DNA of 63,976 nt, the filler included, from Basidiobolus ranarum (Eukaryota), in assembly GCA_040143965.1 (NCBI GenBank). It is 3 parts of 3 records of this genome, joined end to end, with 100 filler letters (N's around TTAATTAATTAA, not from the genome) between each part and the next. Parts side by side here need not be neighbours in the genome. Positions count along the whole stretch, not along the records: positions 43,304 to 63,976 come from JASJQH010007098.1; 2 more parts are not named here. One strand, 5' to 3'. Of the stretch, positions 52,799-63,976 are shown piece by piece; the stretch's first letter is position 1, and every line of letters starts with the position of its first letter. Under the pieces are notes generated by a model. The model ran no database searches and had not been told where the DNA came from. It saw nothing but the letters and a program-made list of their open reading frames with translations. The translations under genes and the position numbers were made by a program.

Positions 52799-54984
52799 TA
52801 TTGTCTGTTCTTATGTTTTCATGTATACAAGTTATTTTTATATATTCCCCTCAAAATGCATCAAATATCTCAGAATTTGTGATGCTGGTTTTTTTAATTG
52901 GTTTACTTGTGACTCCTATGTTGTAGGAGCCTAATATTAGCATTCAATATTTGAGATTAAGGCTCAGGTACTCTTTGAGTTGTACTTCCACGATCTGATT
53001 AGAGTCCCTCAGTAAGGATGTTAGGGTGCTTGAGCAGTATCTAACTTATATTCCCTGAAACATGTATGTTAGCATAGTTTTTTAGGACAAATCCCGATTT
53101 ATCAGAGTGCAGCTCTAACCAGCAACATATAGCTTTATCCTATCACCCGGTCACTAGCACTTATATAACAGGCTTGTTCTATTTGAAATTTCTCTAGCAG
53201 GAGTGTTTAAATAATTTTGTATTCCGCATAATTTTCATCACAAACTCTAGTCCAATCAAACACTTCTTGGGATTCATGTTAGAAGCCCCAGTAACATACT
53301 TGGTAATAATTCAACTATATTTAGTTTGGAACTAGTAATTTGAGGTGAACCATTTTTTGTATAGATAGATGAAGTATATATATGTGTGTGATTGTGACTT
53401 CAAAACCTTTCCTCTGTATACTATTTCACTTTGTATTAGAGGCATTAGGTTAAGGTAATAGAGTTACAAGATGATTTAACTTCTCTTGGCAAGAGGGCAT
53501 GGAAACTTCGTATTAGTAGCGCAGCTCCTCCTGCTAATTTATTCCATCCAAATTCAACAGTATTTGAGCATTAAACTTCAATAATCAATAAACGATTGAA
53601 GATATTTGCATAAATGAATTTTTAAGCTTAACAAAGAAGTGGGGCGACGTGTATTGCATCTTAGAAACATCTGCACTTCACAGCTTCAGGTAGATCTCAT
53701 CAGTAATCCGTGCAACTACTACATGCCAATAAGTATGTATATTATCTCAATGAGTGGATGCTATTATCTTTGAAACATCAATCATGCCACCCTCGACGGT
53801 GCTTGGATACTGGGAATCACAACAAACTCAGCGACGAAAGAGCCTATCAGTCATTGAGGACGGCCAATGACACAAACTCGATAGAATAACATGGTAATGA
53901 AATAGCGTGCTTTTCATTTAGATCTTATGATTCGTACTATATTCAATTCACCTCTCAATGACTCTACTGCATAGCGTCCTCTTAACATATGATTATTTTA
54001 TGTATAGCTAGTAACACCAGGTGACGACTTTCTTTGCTGTGATCTATACAATATACTGAAAATAGGTCGGAAAATAACCTGTGAATATTTGTGGTCTGCT
54101 ACAACTCTCCGATTTATGAACTTAGGGTTAATTTACCAGTAAAACCGGAATCAAATGACAAGATGAGTGATGTAAAGCAGGGCCCGCGACTTTCGAACGT
54201 TAGCCCGGTATAATATCCGCCAGATGGCCTTGAAATGAATGAATCTATCGGTCCAGCCACATTCAAGCTGCACAATGATATGAAATGAATTGATAACAAG
54301 GAGTAATATGTAATGAGACTTCGATTAACACACTAAAACGATGTCACACCAATTGTGCACCAACAAATTCTGCGCTTGTAACATTGATGCTCGTACCACC
54401 ACTAATCTCTGCAGTAAAAATTCCTGGTAGAGGATTAGTTATTCTCAGTCCATTGCTATTTCTACCGCATATTGAGTCAGAGCTTGCATTGCTTTGTATG
54501 TCGTTACATCAATGATGGATAGGGTAGCACCATCTACGACATACATGCCATGATAATGGATTCGCAGTTGCATGGTTCACACTGATCGCCATGACTGGAT
54601 CCTCCGACTCTTGAAGGCTAAAGCAGCGGTTTTTTTTCAGTGTTGGGACTCTCCATGTTTAAAACGACCCCAATGGTATGTACGCCTCGTTTGGAAGCCA
54701 TACTATAAGAAAGCCAATGTCATGAAGTAATAAAACTACGCCACTGTCCCTTCCCCTTATTTGGACATACAATATGAGCATGAAATGACATCATGGAGAT
54801 CGATAGAGTGGAGTATTGCTTTCCAATATTTCATTTGCATTAAATTGGAGTCGAGTATAGCTCTATCGGAGAAGGATTTTCCGGATGAAGTAACCTGATT
54901 AAGTGGAAATGCTCCATATTGTTTGGTATAGAGAATAATGTGCAGATTGCGATAATTCTTATCCGTACGGACCGGTAAGCATCA

Positions 54985-55290
54985 GTAAGGTTTGTTGACA
55001 AGATTCAAATGGGAATTCCTTAAATACCCCATCCACACATCCACCTCGGAATAATATGATATCAACATGATTGAATCATCTTGACTCCGAATCAACACTG
55101 CACAGTTTGTTCTGATTCTTACCAGGGATGTTGATGGAGTCCCTGATCCCAGTCCATCGTATTTGGATTGAGTCAACCAGAGGCCCTATCAACCATCCAA
55201 GCACTAGCGAATGCATATGCCCCAGTGTCCACCAGACCGAGTGCGGCAGCTATAGATGTTGAGAGCCGTATAGATAAACAAGGCAAACTC
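54985..55290 (-). pseudogene. Possible fossil retropepsin-type aspartic protease (retrotransposon relic)
   Basis: The minus strand reads LPCLSIRL...ALGLVDTGAYAF (DTG at about 55218-55235), then after a frameshift GLGSGT...DVWMG; it is interrupted by stops. Confidence 0.35.
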
Positions 55291-55856
55291 AACAAAGGTT
55301 GAAGAATCAACAACTCTCGTACATGAACTTGCATTTATCGAAGGATCTCCGGCAATATTAGTTAATCAGTGGATTCTTTTAATTACTCCATGAATGGGAA
55401 ATGTGATTACACCCTAATATAATGTGCATTGGTTTTTTCAATTCCGACCAGATATCATCCCACTTTAGAATTGGTCCATTTAATGGGGAGGGGAGACATC
55501 ATGATTAGTTAGTCAAGGTTTCTTCAGATTTACTTATTTGGTAACCGGCGTACTACCCCGTTCTCTTGCCAACTCTTCGCCATTCCATAACCCTCAAATG
55601 CTATATATTGATATGCGATTAATGGTGCTTTATTTGTTCTTGTGGATAATGTAAGAGAAATAAACCCCTGCCAATAATATGTCCGCAATTTGGACATTTC
55701 ATAAGCCATGAGGTACTAAACTTTTTGGGGGAGAGACGTGTCCAAATTAGGTGGTTACTGAAAACTATATATGATATTTACAGTATAGATATACATTGCG
55801 TAACAAGGATTAAGTGTCTAGTGTGATTAGGTAATTAGATAATGTTAATGGCAAAG

Positions 55857-56880
55857 TTAAGCCAACGAAGAAACAATCTCTTCACCCTCGATATGGGCTC
55901 TAAGGAACTCGTTGTATTTGTCAGCTTCTTGGATAACGAGCATGTGTCCACATCCTTCGAAGGTGATGATTGGACATCCAAGTTGCTTAGAATGAGCCTT
56001 GCCAAATGAATAAGGAATGGCGGTATCCTTGGTACCGTGGACGATCATGAATCTCATACCATTCTCACTGATCTTGCGAAGGCGACGAGGATTGTTATGA
56101 TGAAGAATACCACAGAGTTTCTGGGGGAATGCCGCTAGAGCTGATTGATTGGGTACTGCGGAGTTGATGCTATCCATCACCTCCGTTAGCACCTGAAGAT
56201 TCGTTTTACCGACCACTCTTTGGGATTCGGATTTTAACCACTTTTGTGGGTAGTTGATTTTGACCAGTGGTTTGGTAATCTCTTTCAGTGATTTGCTCAT
56301 AGTTTTCATGGTGAAAAATACTCCCTTGGGTTTAGGAAGGGCCGCCATGAATGAATGCCAGGTACTGGTAAATGTTACCGTGGCAAAAGTTTCAGGTGAG
56401 ATGGTGACCATCTTTTGAGCGATCATGCCACCCAAAGAAAGTCCCACCAGATGCACATCCTGATCCCATTTTAAATATTTCAACAGATCTAAGGCATCTT
56501 TGGCAAGAGTTTTGGTCGTAAACAGACCAGGATTCGTAGTACTCTCACCACTACCTCGTAGATCAAAAGTACACACTTGGTAATCACTTAAACTACCGAA
56601 ATATTGCGTCTGAGGAAACCAAGTTTCACAAACACTGTTGATACCTAAGAAGCGAATGGGTAAATAGGAGGAACAAAGGGTGGACATGCGGTCAAAAGAT
56701 CGTCTTACCAGTGACGAAAAGAACCCTATATTTGGTGCCAGTGCCAAAGAGTTGATAGCGCATGCGAATGGGTTTGCGAGAGCGATCAGTACCAATGGTG
56801 CATTTCTCGGTAAGAGTGGGGACAGGGAGAAAATGAGGAGATGGTTTTTTCATCGGTTGTACCATGATTTTCGAAGGCAT
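55857..56880 (-). CDS. Alpha/beta-fold hydrolase, 2 exons (intron 56645-56708)
   Basis: RVLFVT|GINS, TFDLRGSGES, nucleophile elbow GLSLGG, HGTKD (Asp) and CGH (His). Confidence 0.9.
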
Positions 56881-58758
56881 GTTGAATGTGTGTATTAAAA
56901 GTGAGTGTCCAGCAAGCGGCCAGGAGTGATATATATATAGATTTGAGAGCGCTGGGTTGCAAGCTTGGCCAAATAACCGTCACACCCATTCCTTTTCAAG
57001 AAATATATTATATTGATATAAATCTTCTGGCTCTATCGAACTAGGGGATATGATAGGCACCCGGAATGCGAATAATCCGCCGGCATGATCTAAATTCTAC
57101 TGCTTCCGTAGCAAGATCAATTCTTATTACAATCACATGGAGGTTCAATCAATTTTCCGTAGTATTGCCTATAATTTAATCATTAATCATATTAAATAGA
57201 GTACCGCCAGAAATTCCAGAATTACCAATCCAAGAGGATTGCATAGAGATGAGTATCTAATGTGTACAAGATTGTTTATGGTTGTGACTTATGCAGCCCA
57301 AAATGCCCCAGATTCCATCGTTTGTTGACCTCAATCAGAATGATCATGAACAGCATGTTGATAGATGCTAATATACCAGGTACATTCTAACGTGATGCGG
57401 GCAACGCAGATCTATTTGAGTTTCAATGCTCAATCTAATGAAATGCGTTTGTCTCTGCCGAAGTCGGAGAAACCTCTCTACTGATGATGTTTGAAGCAAG
57501 TTATGATGTGAATGTTGAGTTTTTGCCAAGAAGCTTTGATGCAATTCATTAAATAAAGGTGCGGGCTTCTAGAGTAAGAGGAACGAACAGGTCGTGGTAC
57601 GTCTTGGCTAAAGCCAAGAAATTCCTTCAAGGCTGATATTGATGATTGATTTCCTTAGGAGGTGAACACTACTCATCTAAACCAGCTTTAAACTTGCCAG
57701 TGGAGTGTACTACTATATTGCTTGGCGGTCAAGCCTAGAAATCATTTCCCGAATGCAGGTAATGCAAATTGTAAATAAGTTTCTGATCATCGTATTTGGT
57801 CATTCTTCCAATGCTTTGCAATTAGACCGTGATTCGATCAAATTAATTTGAAGGAACATATCATCGTGTTTCTGTACATCTCGTGTTGTGATAGGGTTAG
57901 ATCAATCTTCCCAGAAACACTAATAATTTTATTGATTTTGGATTTGCAGATAGATTCCGATATATATTCTTGAATAGAAAACACTACACACCAGTCCAGC
58001 GTTTTGAATGGTTGTATTTTACCAGCAATGTTCACCAAGCCTCAAAGAATCTGGTGGCTTTTAAACCAATACTGTTTGCTAAATAGCAGCTAGCGATATC
58101 AATACCAAACTGACACATATGTCTTTAATGATTTTATTTCTCGAATACAGAGTTTATAGGGTTTTCCAAAGAGATCCTGAATCTGATTGTTTTCTATTGA
58201 TACATGGTGCACCTTGTCATGTAGCAACGTTATGAATATTTAATAGGGTACAGGATTAGGGTGCTTTGTATGGTTATGCTTTCTTTGCAATTTATGATAT
58301 TTCAAAAGTGTCTTTGTGAGATATTCAGAACAGTGTACATTACTATTTAGAAGCTTTCCTAAGATATTTCTGGAGAGCTATTGAACTATTATACAAATAT
58401 TGCTATTTTTCATTTGAATTCTGAACTGGAGTGAACGTATCTTCCTGTACACTAGAGCTCTTTAGAAACACTATCCCAATCCCATATATAGGGGCTACTT
58501 CTGGAATCATGCAGACGCAGATAACATGCAAATAAAACCGATTGTTATTTCTTTACACTTCTCGTTAACAAAAAATCGTACTTGATTAGACCATATAATA
58601 GTACTTAACAGCAGGAATTTTAAGACAGCAAAAGAGCTTTATCGAGATTCTTTATGTAACAAGTAGTGTCTGCAGTTGCAGTTTCTTTTAGAACAAACAT
58701 CTTTAGATATACAGTATTTGCAGTAGTTACAAATATAGCGAAGGAATAGATGCCTTGA

Positions 58759-59226
58759 TTACTCTTCTTTAGTGAGTCCAATAACGCCACATGCTTGACG
58801 GCCACCAGCATTTCCAGTGGTGCTGGAAAGCTCATGACCACCTTTGCCGAGATCGTCCTCTCCTTCATGAACAACAACAGTACGTCCAATAATAGAGTGA
58901 GGGCCCGTTAGCTTAAGTTGAGAGTCAGTGGTGGATAGTGTAGCCTGACCATCTTTGGAGGCTACAACGTTGCCCAAATCTCCTACATGACGGGTCTCAT
59001 CTTCAGGAGCACCATGTGTTTTGCCAGAGGGGTTGAAATGAGCACCGGCGGAGGTACATCCATTGGTATTGTCTCCGAATTCGTGAACATGGAAGCCATG
59101 CTTACCAGGAGCCAACCCAGTAATTTTAGCTTCGACTTTTACTGGTGAGTTTTCATTTTCTTGAGTGAAATGAACTGTCCCTTGAACTGAAGAATCACCA
59201 CGAAGAACAGCAACGGCTTTGACCAT
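58759..59226 (-). CDS. SOD1: Cu/Zn superoxide dismutase, intronless
   Basis: [40 protein letters not shown] and [14 protein letters not shown]; the metal ligands are present. Confidence 0.98.
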   Translation of the reverse strand: MVKAVAVLRGDSSVQGTVHFTQENENSPVKVEAKITGLAPGKHGFHVHEFGDNTNGCTSAGAHFNPSGKTHGAPEDETRHVGDLGNVVASKDGQATLSTTDSQLKLTGPHSIIGRTVVVHEGEDDLGKGGHELSSTTGNAGGRQACGVIGLTKEE

Positions 59227-60723
59227 TTTGTGTTAGGGATTGAAAGATTAGAAAGGAGTGAACTAAGTGACTATCTAACTGACTTGTCCTCTTTTTAAGT
59301 ACTTTTTGGGAAAGTTGTTTTGAATGGTGGAAACAGATACTGAGCTCTTTTTGCCACATGAAATCGGTGTCTGATGGTGAATTGATTCATTCCCATATTA
59401 AGGCTTGTAGAAAATCGTCAGCACTATTCACTCATCTTTCATGCATTAAGTCTTCTCACATGATTGGAGATGTGGCTCATCTTGGTTGTAAGTGACGAAT
59501 GGGAACGCAAGTACATCACTAGTATTCTGACTGTGAAGTTACAGGGTAACATGTCTGACCTTTACTAACAAGTCTAAATACTCGACCCCTGCATGCTGGC
59601 CTCGATTACTAATTATATCAAGTAGAGAGTTTTAAAAACCAGATGAGACCAACTCAATAGAAATATACTGCATCCAACACTGACTAATGGATTGGTAATG
59701 ATATCATCAACGTGGGATAATCGAAGCATACGAATGACAACAATATGGATCATGTATTCGTTGATGATCTGATTTCGCTCAGTTAGAACGGGAGCGACAT
59801 ACAACTGGGCAAGTGGAGACGAGACATTCAAGGCCATCCCCAGTGGGTGATTCCTCCAATCATCAGGCCTTAATCGATTGCTTTGTCTTACTTGCTCGTG
59901 ACATAAGCGAGGTGGGTAGAACGCATGGATTATCTGTTAGAGGGATTATTTTCATTCGAGCTCGTCGATGAAGTCGTCATGTTGTCTCTTGCCCCATCAT
60001 ATCAGTCATACCATCACACATACAGTTGGTGTTCATTCGGCTGTAGAAGATCTAACACCATCATGGCCAAAGGCGCTTTAACAGGGTGGAGATCCTTCAG
60101 ACTCACGGCTTGTTATAAAAGAAAATGAACCCCCAACAGGTGATTGGCGATACACTTGGATGACTCAAATGCCATTTCTCGAAATAAAAGCTCAGCCGTG
60201 TTCCATTATGTCTACTTGGGGCTGTCTATGTAGTCTTTTATCGAGAATAGCTGAATGTCTCGTCCATAGACTGCATGAATCTAGTGGCTGCTGATGCTTA
60301 GGTTCCATATTCCATGTATGTCTTACCAACAGAACTGGATTTTCAAATCGTGCTTATATTAGTCAACATTGCTATTAATCACTCTAGCCACCTTAGGGCT
60401 TGGCTAACCCTAACCCCTAAATGAATCCACAGAAATTCATGAATACGTTATACACAATTCTAGCATGTTAGAATGTACATTGACCATGGTATACTTAATC
60501 AACTTGGCTAATCCAGTGGGTTTTTATGCACAGGATTCGGAATCAACAATGATCTACGCGTCATTTCAACGCAGGCCAAACTTTCGTAATCTAGCCAACA
60601 ATAGACACAAATGAATCTAGCCGTACTAAAGAGACAAAGGTATAAGTTTGAGCCAGGCTCTCTTCGTACTTTGGTGATACTCGTTACAACCAAGATAACC
60701 ACTTGAAAGGCCACTTATCAAAC

Positions 60724-61905
60724 ATGGACAGTGCGCATCCAGAATTCATGGAAACATTACAGAACTTTCAGTTCATACGTCAACTGAATGAAGGCATGCA
60801 CCAAATTTAACTTTCCCCTTAATTATGTACTAACCAACGAAAATTTTAGATACTCATTCCAAAAGCATAACGCTGTTAGGTAGTATTGCCGACGAAAAAA
60901 CAGGAAAGGAAGAGCAAAGCATACTGCTTGTAGAAAAGTTACATTTTCACGCTTCTGAGATCCCTGTGCTGGTTTCTTCTCGTCTTCAAAGCCCGAAACT
61001 CACTTTCAACAATGATATATATCATTGGTACAAATCAAATATAAAAAACGATGAATCGATCCCGGATATTAAGATGACTCTGATATATCCAGCAACGGAG
61101 ATTGTAAGTTGGAAGAGTGTTGGAATTTGACTTTCATCCATGATACTAATGGAATTCCGACCAGCACATTAAAAAATACAGTAAACAAGAAGGGGTTATG
61201 GTTCGTGAAACTCCCGATATGTATAAACAGGTGGTGCTCCCGTATATTGAAGGGTTTCCTACCTCTCGCATTCAATGGGTATACAACATTCTAGACAAAG
61301 TCCAAGAAAGCGAAAGAATTGTATTTGAAGATCCTGATAAAGAGCACGGATTTATCTTGCTACCAGATAGGTAGGTAAAATTGTTGACCAGTGAATCTGT
61401 ACTCTTACTGAATTGACACTTCAACTTTAGTAAGTGGGACCAAACAACGATGAATGCCTTGTATCTTCTAGTCATTTGCCATCGCCACGATGTTCGTAGC
61501 TTGAGGGATCTGCGTTCACAGCACTTAGAGCTTTTACGCCGAATTCAAAGAGAAATCCCCAAAGCTGTAGTGGCTAAATACCCACATGTCAGTGAAGATC
61601 AACTCAAGCTTTATATTCACTACCAACCGTCATATTGTAAGCAGCATGCTTTTCATTTTTTGCGCACTATTTTCTGACATACTTTGATTGAACCATTAGA
61701 TCATTTCCATGTTCACGTTACTCATGTGGCCCTCAGTAGTAGCCCGGGAGCCACAGTTGGTAAAGCAAACCTACTTGATACTGTCATTGACAATATTGAG
61801 AATATTGATCACGAATACTATGCCAAATGTACCTTAAGTTATGTGCTAGGGACCGATCATGGCTTGTACGAAGGTGTTCAGCAATACTTGAATGCCCCTA
61901 AATGA
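60724..61905 (+). CDS. DCS1: Scavenger mRNA decapping enzyme DcpS/Dcs1, 5 exons, first intron GC-AG
   Basis: NDIYHW, KMTLIYPATE|HIKKY, GFILLPD|SKWD, RSLRDL and YIHYQPSY|YHFHVH (HIT motif). Confidence 0.95.
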
Positions 61906-62189
61906 TTAAATACTTCCAGTAGGTCCTCCCCAGTTGATGAGATCCTGCTACATTTTACCAAGAATAAATTGGATAATTGAATATTGGCTTTGAACATATT
62001 ATTTGCTTATAGTACATATTTTATGAGATGTAAGTAAATCTATTACAAATTGATCTTGGTCACTCACTGAAATAATTTTGTCATGTTTAATCCTATTATT
62101 TATGTTATTGTAAGTTAAGCATTATTTAATATAAATTTTATCTACTTTGTCTGCAGATACAACCTGAAATACTACATGATTGAAGGGAA

Positions 62190-62715
62190 AATGCTAATTA
62201 AGTTATTTCCTTGGATTCCAAATCAAGAGAGAAAACCCATTCAGAAAATCATGCTGAATCAGTCTAGATACATCCTAGATATCCTAAAAATTTTAACATG
62301 GGGAATACCATGGCTGTGTCAATATCCATGGATCACAATATGAAATTTCATCTGTCAAGGCTCAAAACAACTCAAATCAAAGCAAGAAGTTCCCTTTTCA
62401 GTCCATGGTAGATAGCTTAATATATCTCATGTTTGAAACATATCCAGACATTGCTGTGGCAGTGGGTGCTATGGACCAATACCTCAAAAATCCAGGATCT
62501 GAGCACAAAACTGCTGTAAAATAAATACTCAGGTATTCAACAGAGGCCACAGATCTAGTTCTGAATACTCTAGTACTTCTAATGGTTGAAGTTATGAGGG
62601 CTTTGTTGATGCAGATAGAGGAAGAAACCTTGTGGATAGAAGATCAACATGTTGGAACACATGTCTCAATGGCAATGAAGTCATAACTTGGAATTACAAT
62701 AAGCAACCTATTGAA
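62190..62715 (+). mobile_element. Degenerate Ty1/copia reverse transcriptase-RNase H fragment
   Basis: YFLGFQIKR, LNQSRYILDILK, SMVDSLIYLMFETYPDIAVAVG...NPGSEHKTAVK*ILRY and GFVDAD...DRRST...ITWNYNKQ match the copia consensus, with frameshifts and stops. Confidence 0.9.
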
Positions 62716-62809
62716 ATTACTCAACTAACAATACATTATTTACTAGTTATTTCATTTATATTGTGATTAATTAGCATTCAGTTCCAGCTCCCAAAAGTTA
62801 AGCTTATTA

Positions 62810-63573
62810 TGTTGAAATTATCATTGCCTAAACATCTATATAGTCATATATTGCTTAATGTTTAAATATGGTCATATGTAGCTTTGTATTAGGTTACCTT
62901 ATACATCACCAAGTTTTTAGCAAGTATTCTCAATCAGAAGTTAATTGGAGTATTTTTTACTATCTAGGAAGTACTTACATATATAGATTTTCAAACTTGT
63001 GCTAGAAGACCTAAACTTTGCCTACCTGTTCCCGGGACCTTCTCTAACACAATCTACATGCTGATTTGTTTACATCTTGGCAAAATCATAAATGTTGACT
63101 TTTGACTCAATAAATTAAACAGTGAAAACTCCCAATTTCTCCATTTTTCCAAACTACTTAAAACGTGCTCCAAGCATACTTTAATGCACTTCTCTAATTG
63201 ATTTATAAAGTAATTAGAGCACTCTCTTGAATTCTTACCATTTTCTCATAGCCACTGACCAGTCTCAAATTTTTACTATTGAATGACAAGTATGTTTGTT
63301 GCAAGCTATACTGGTTCATGAGTTCCATTTATAGTATATGATTAATAGTATATACTTAATTCAAAAGATATTATGTGCATAATATGCATTTCCAATTCTT
63401 TTCTAAAACACATGCTGTTAAAATATTTGAGAGCCCATTGAAAGTGGTTTGGAGAATTAGAGATATTGGTGGTTTTAACTTACTGATGTATTGAATAGAA
63501 AGTTGACATTTATAGTTTTGTCCAGATATATGCAAGCTAACATGTAGAAAGTGCTTAGAAAGATCCCAGAAAC
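62810..63573. mobile_element. LTR copy E (+, 62810 to about 63186) and truncated inverted copy F (-, 63416-63573)
   Basis: Same repeat family as 52459-52798. Confidence 0.8.
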
Positions 63574-63976
63574 TGTTGAAATTAGCATTGCCTAAACACC
63601 TATATAGTCTTATATAGCTTAGTACTTAGTAATTTTAAATTTCACTAAGATATTATCCATTATTCTCAATTGGAATTTACTCAGAATATTTTGACCAACT
63701 TGGGGGTTCTCAGATATATAGATTTTTCAGACTAGTGCCAGAAGCCCCAAACTTTGCATACATGTTCCTGGGACCATCCTTAGCACATTCTGCATATTAG
63801 TTTGCTTACATCTTGACAAAACTATTAATGTCAACTTTCTTCTCAATAAATCAATAAGTGAAAACCACCAATTCCTCTAATTCTCCAAACAACTTCCAAC
63901 AGGCTCCTAAATACCTTAAGAGGTTATGAGCCCCAAGCTTGCACTCTCTGTAATGTCTACTTCTCAAATTTATGGC
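63574..63976 (+). mobile_element. 5' LTR (63574-63921), PBS (63922-63933) and start of a Ty1/copia element running off the window
   Basis: The LTR starts TGTTGAA and is immediately followed by GGTTATGAGCCC. An ATG at 63953 opens MSTSQIYG, a possible gag start. Confidence 0.85.

Noticed and set aside
55687-55748. 10-bp inverted repeat AATTTGGACA...TGTCCAAATT
   Set aside because: It is short, has no TSD or second copy, and is compatible with chance.
56645-56795. Hydrophobic, signal-peptide-like start of the 312-aa hydrolase ORF
   Set aside because: It is an artefact of reading through the intron and an out-of-frame exon 1; the spliced N-terminus is hydrophilic.
59745-59790. VFVDDL resembling an RT YxDD motif
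   Set aside because: It is isolated, followed by a stop, and has no other RT motifs around it.

Overview
AT-rich, intron-rich eukaryotic DNA, most consistent with an early-diverging (non-Dikarya) fungus; this is inferred from the combination of PacC, Rxt3, CYRI/FAM49 and a minor-spliceosome intron. It is three contigs joined by artificial N44-TTAATTAATTAA-N44 linkers (21591-21690, 43204-43303), so adjacency across the linkers is unproven. I could support about 23 protein-coding genes, most rebuilt by hand from GT-AG exons: a KH protein (partial), histidine acid phosphatase, F-box/SUKH protein, PacC, Rxt3, Cdt1, DDHD phospholipase, a 4-TM protein, FKBP12, an orphan, an FLVCR-like MFS transporter, CYRI, TrhO-like rhodanese, MHF1/CENP-S, Trs130, Grr1, Nop13 (partial), Tsc10, three RING-H2 ligases, an alpha/beta hydrolase, SOD1 and Dcs1. 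There is also a Ty1/copia family: seven LTR copies, one solo LTR with a perfect TSD, a half-tRNAiMet PBS and an RT/RNase H fossil with strong CpG loss. The most notable signals are an AT-AC U12-type intron in TRS130, an Rxt3 tail carrying six EEGE[IL]-like motifs, a cluster of intronless RING-H2 ligases sharing an upstream TGGCCCA motif, an intronless F-box/SUKH gene, and methylation-type decay of the retroelements. I saw no rRNA, tRNA or CRISPR. All calls come from reading the sequence by eye; no database searches were run.
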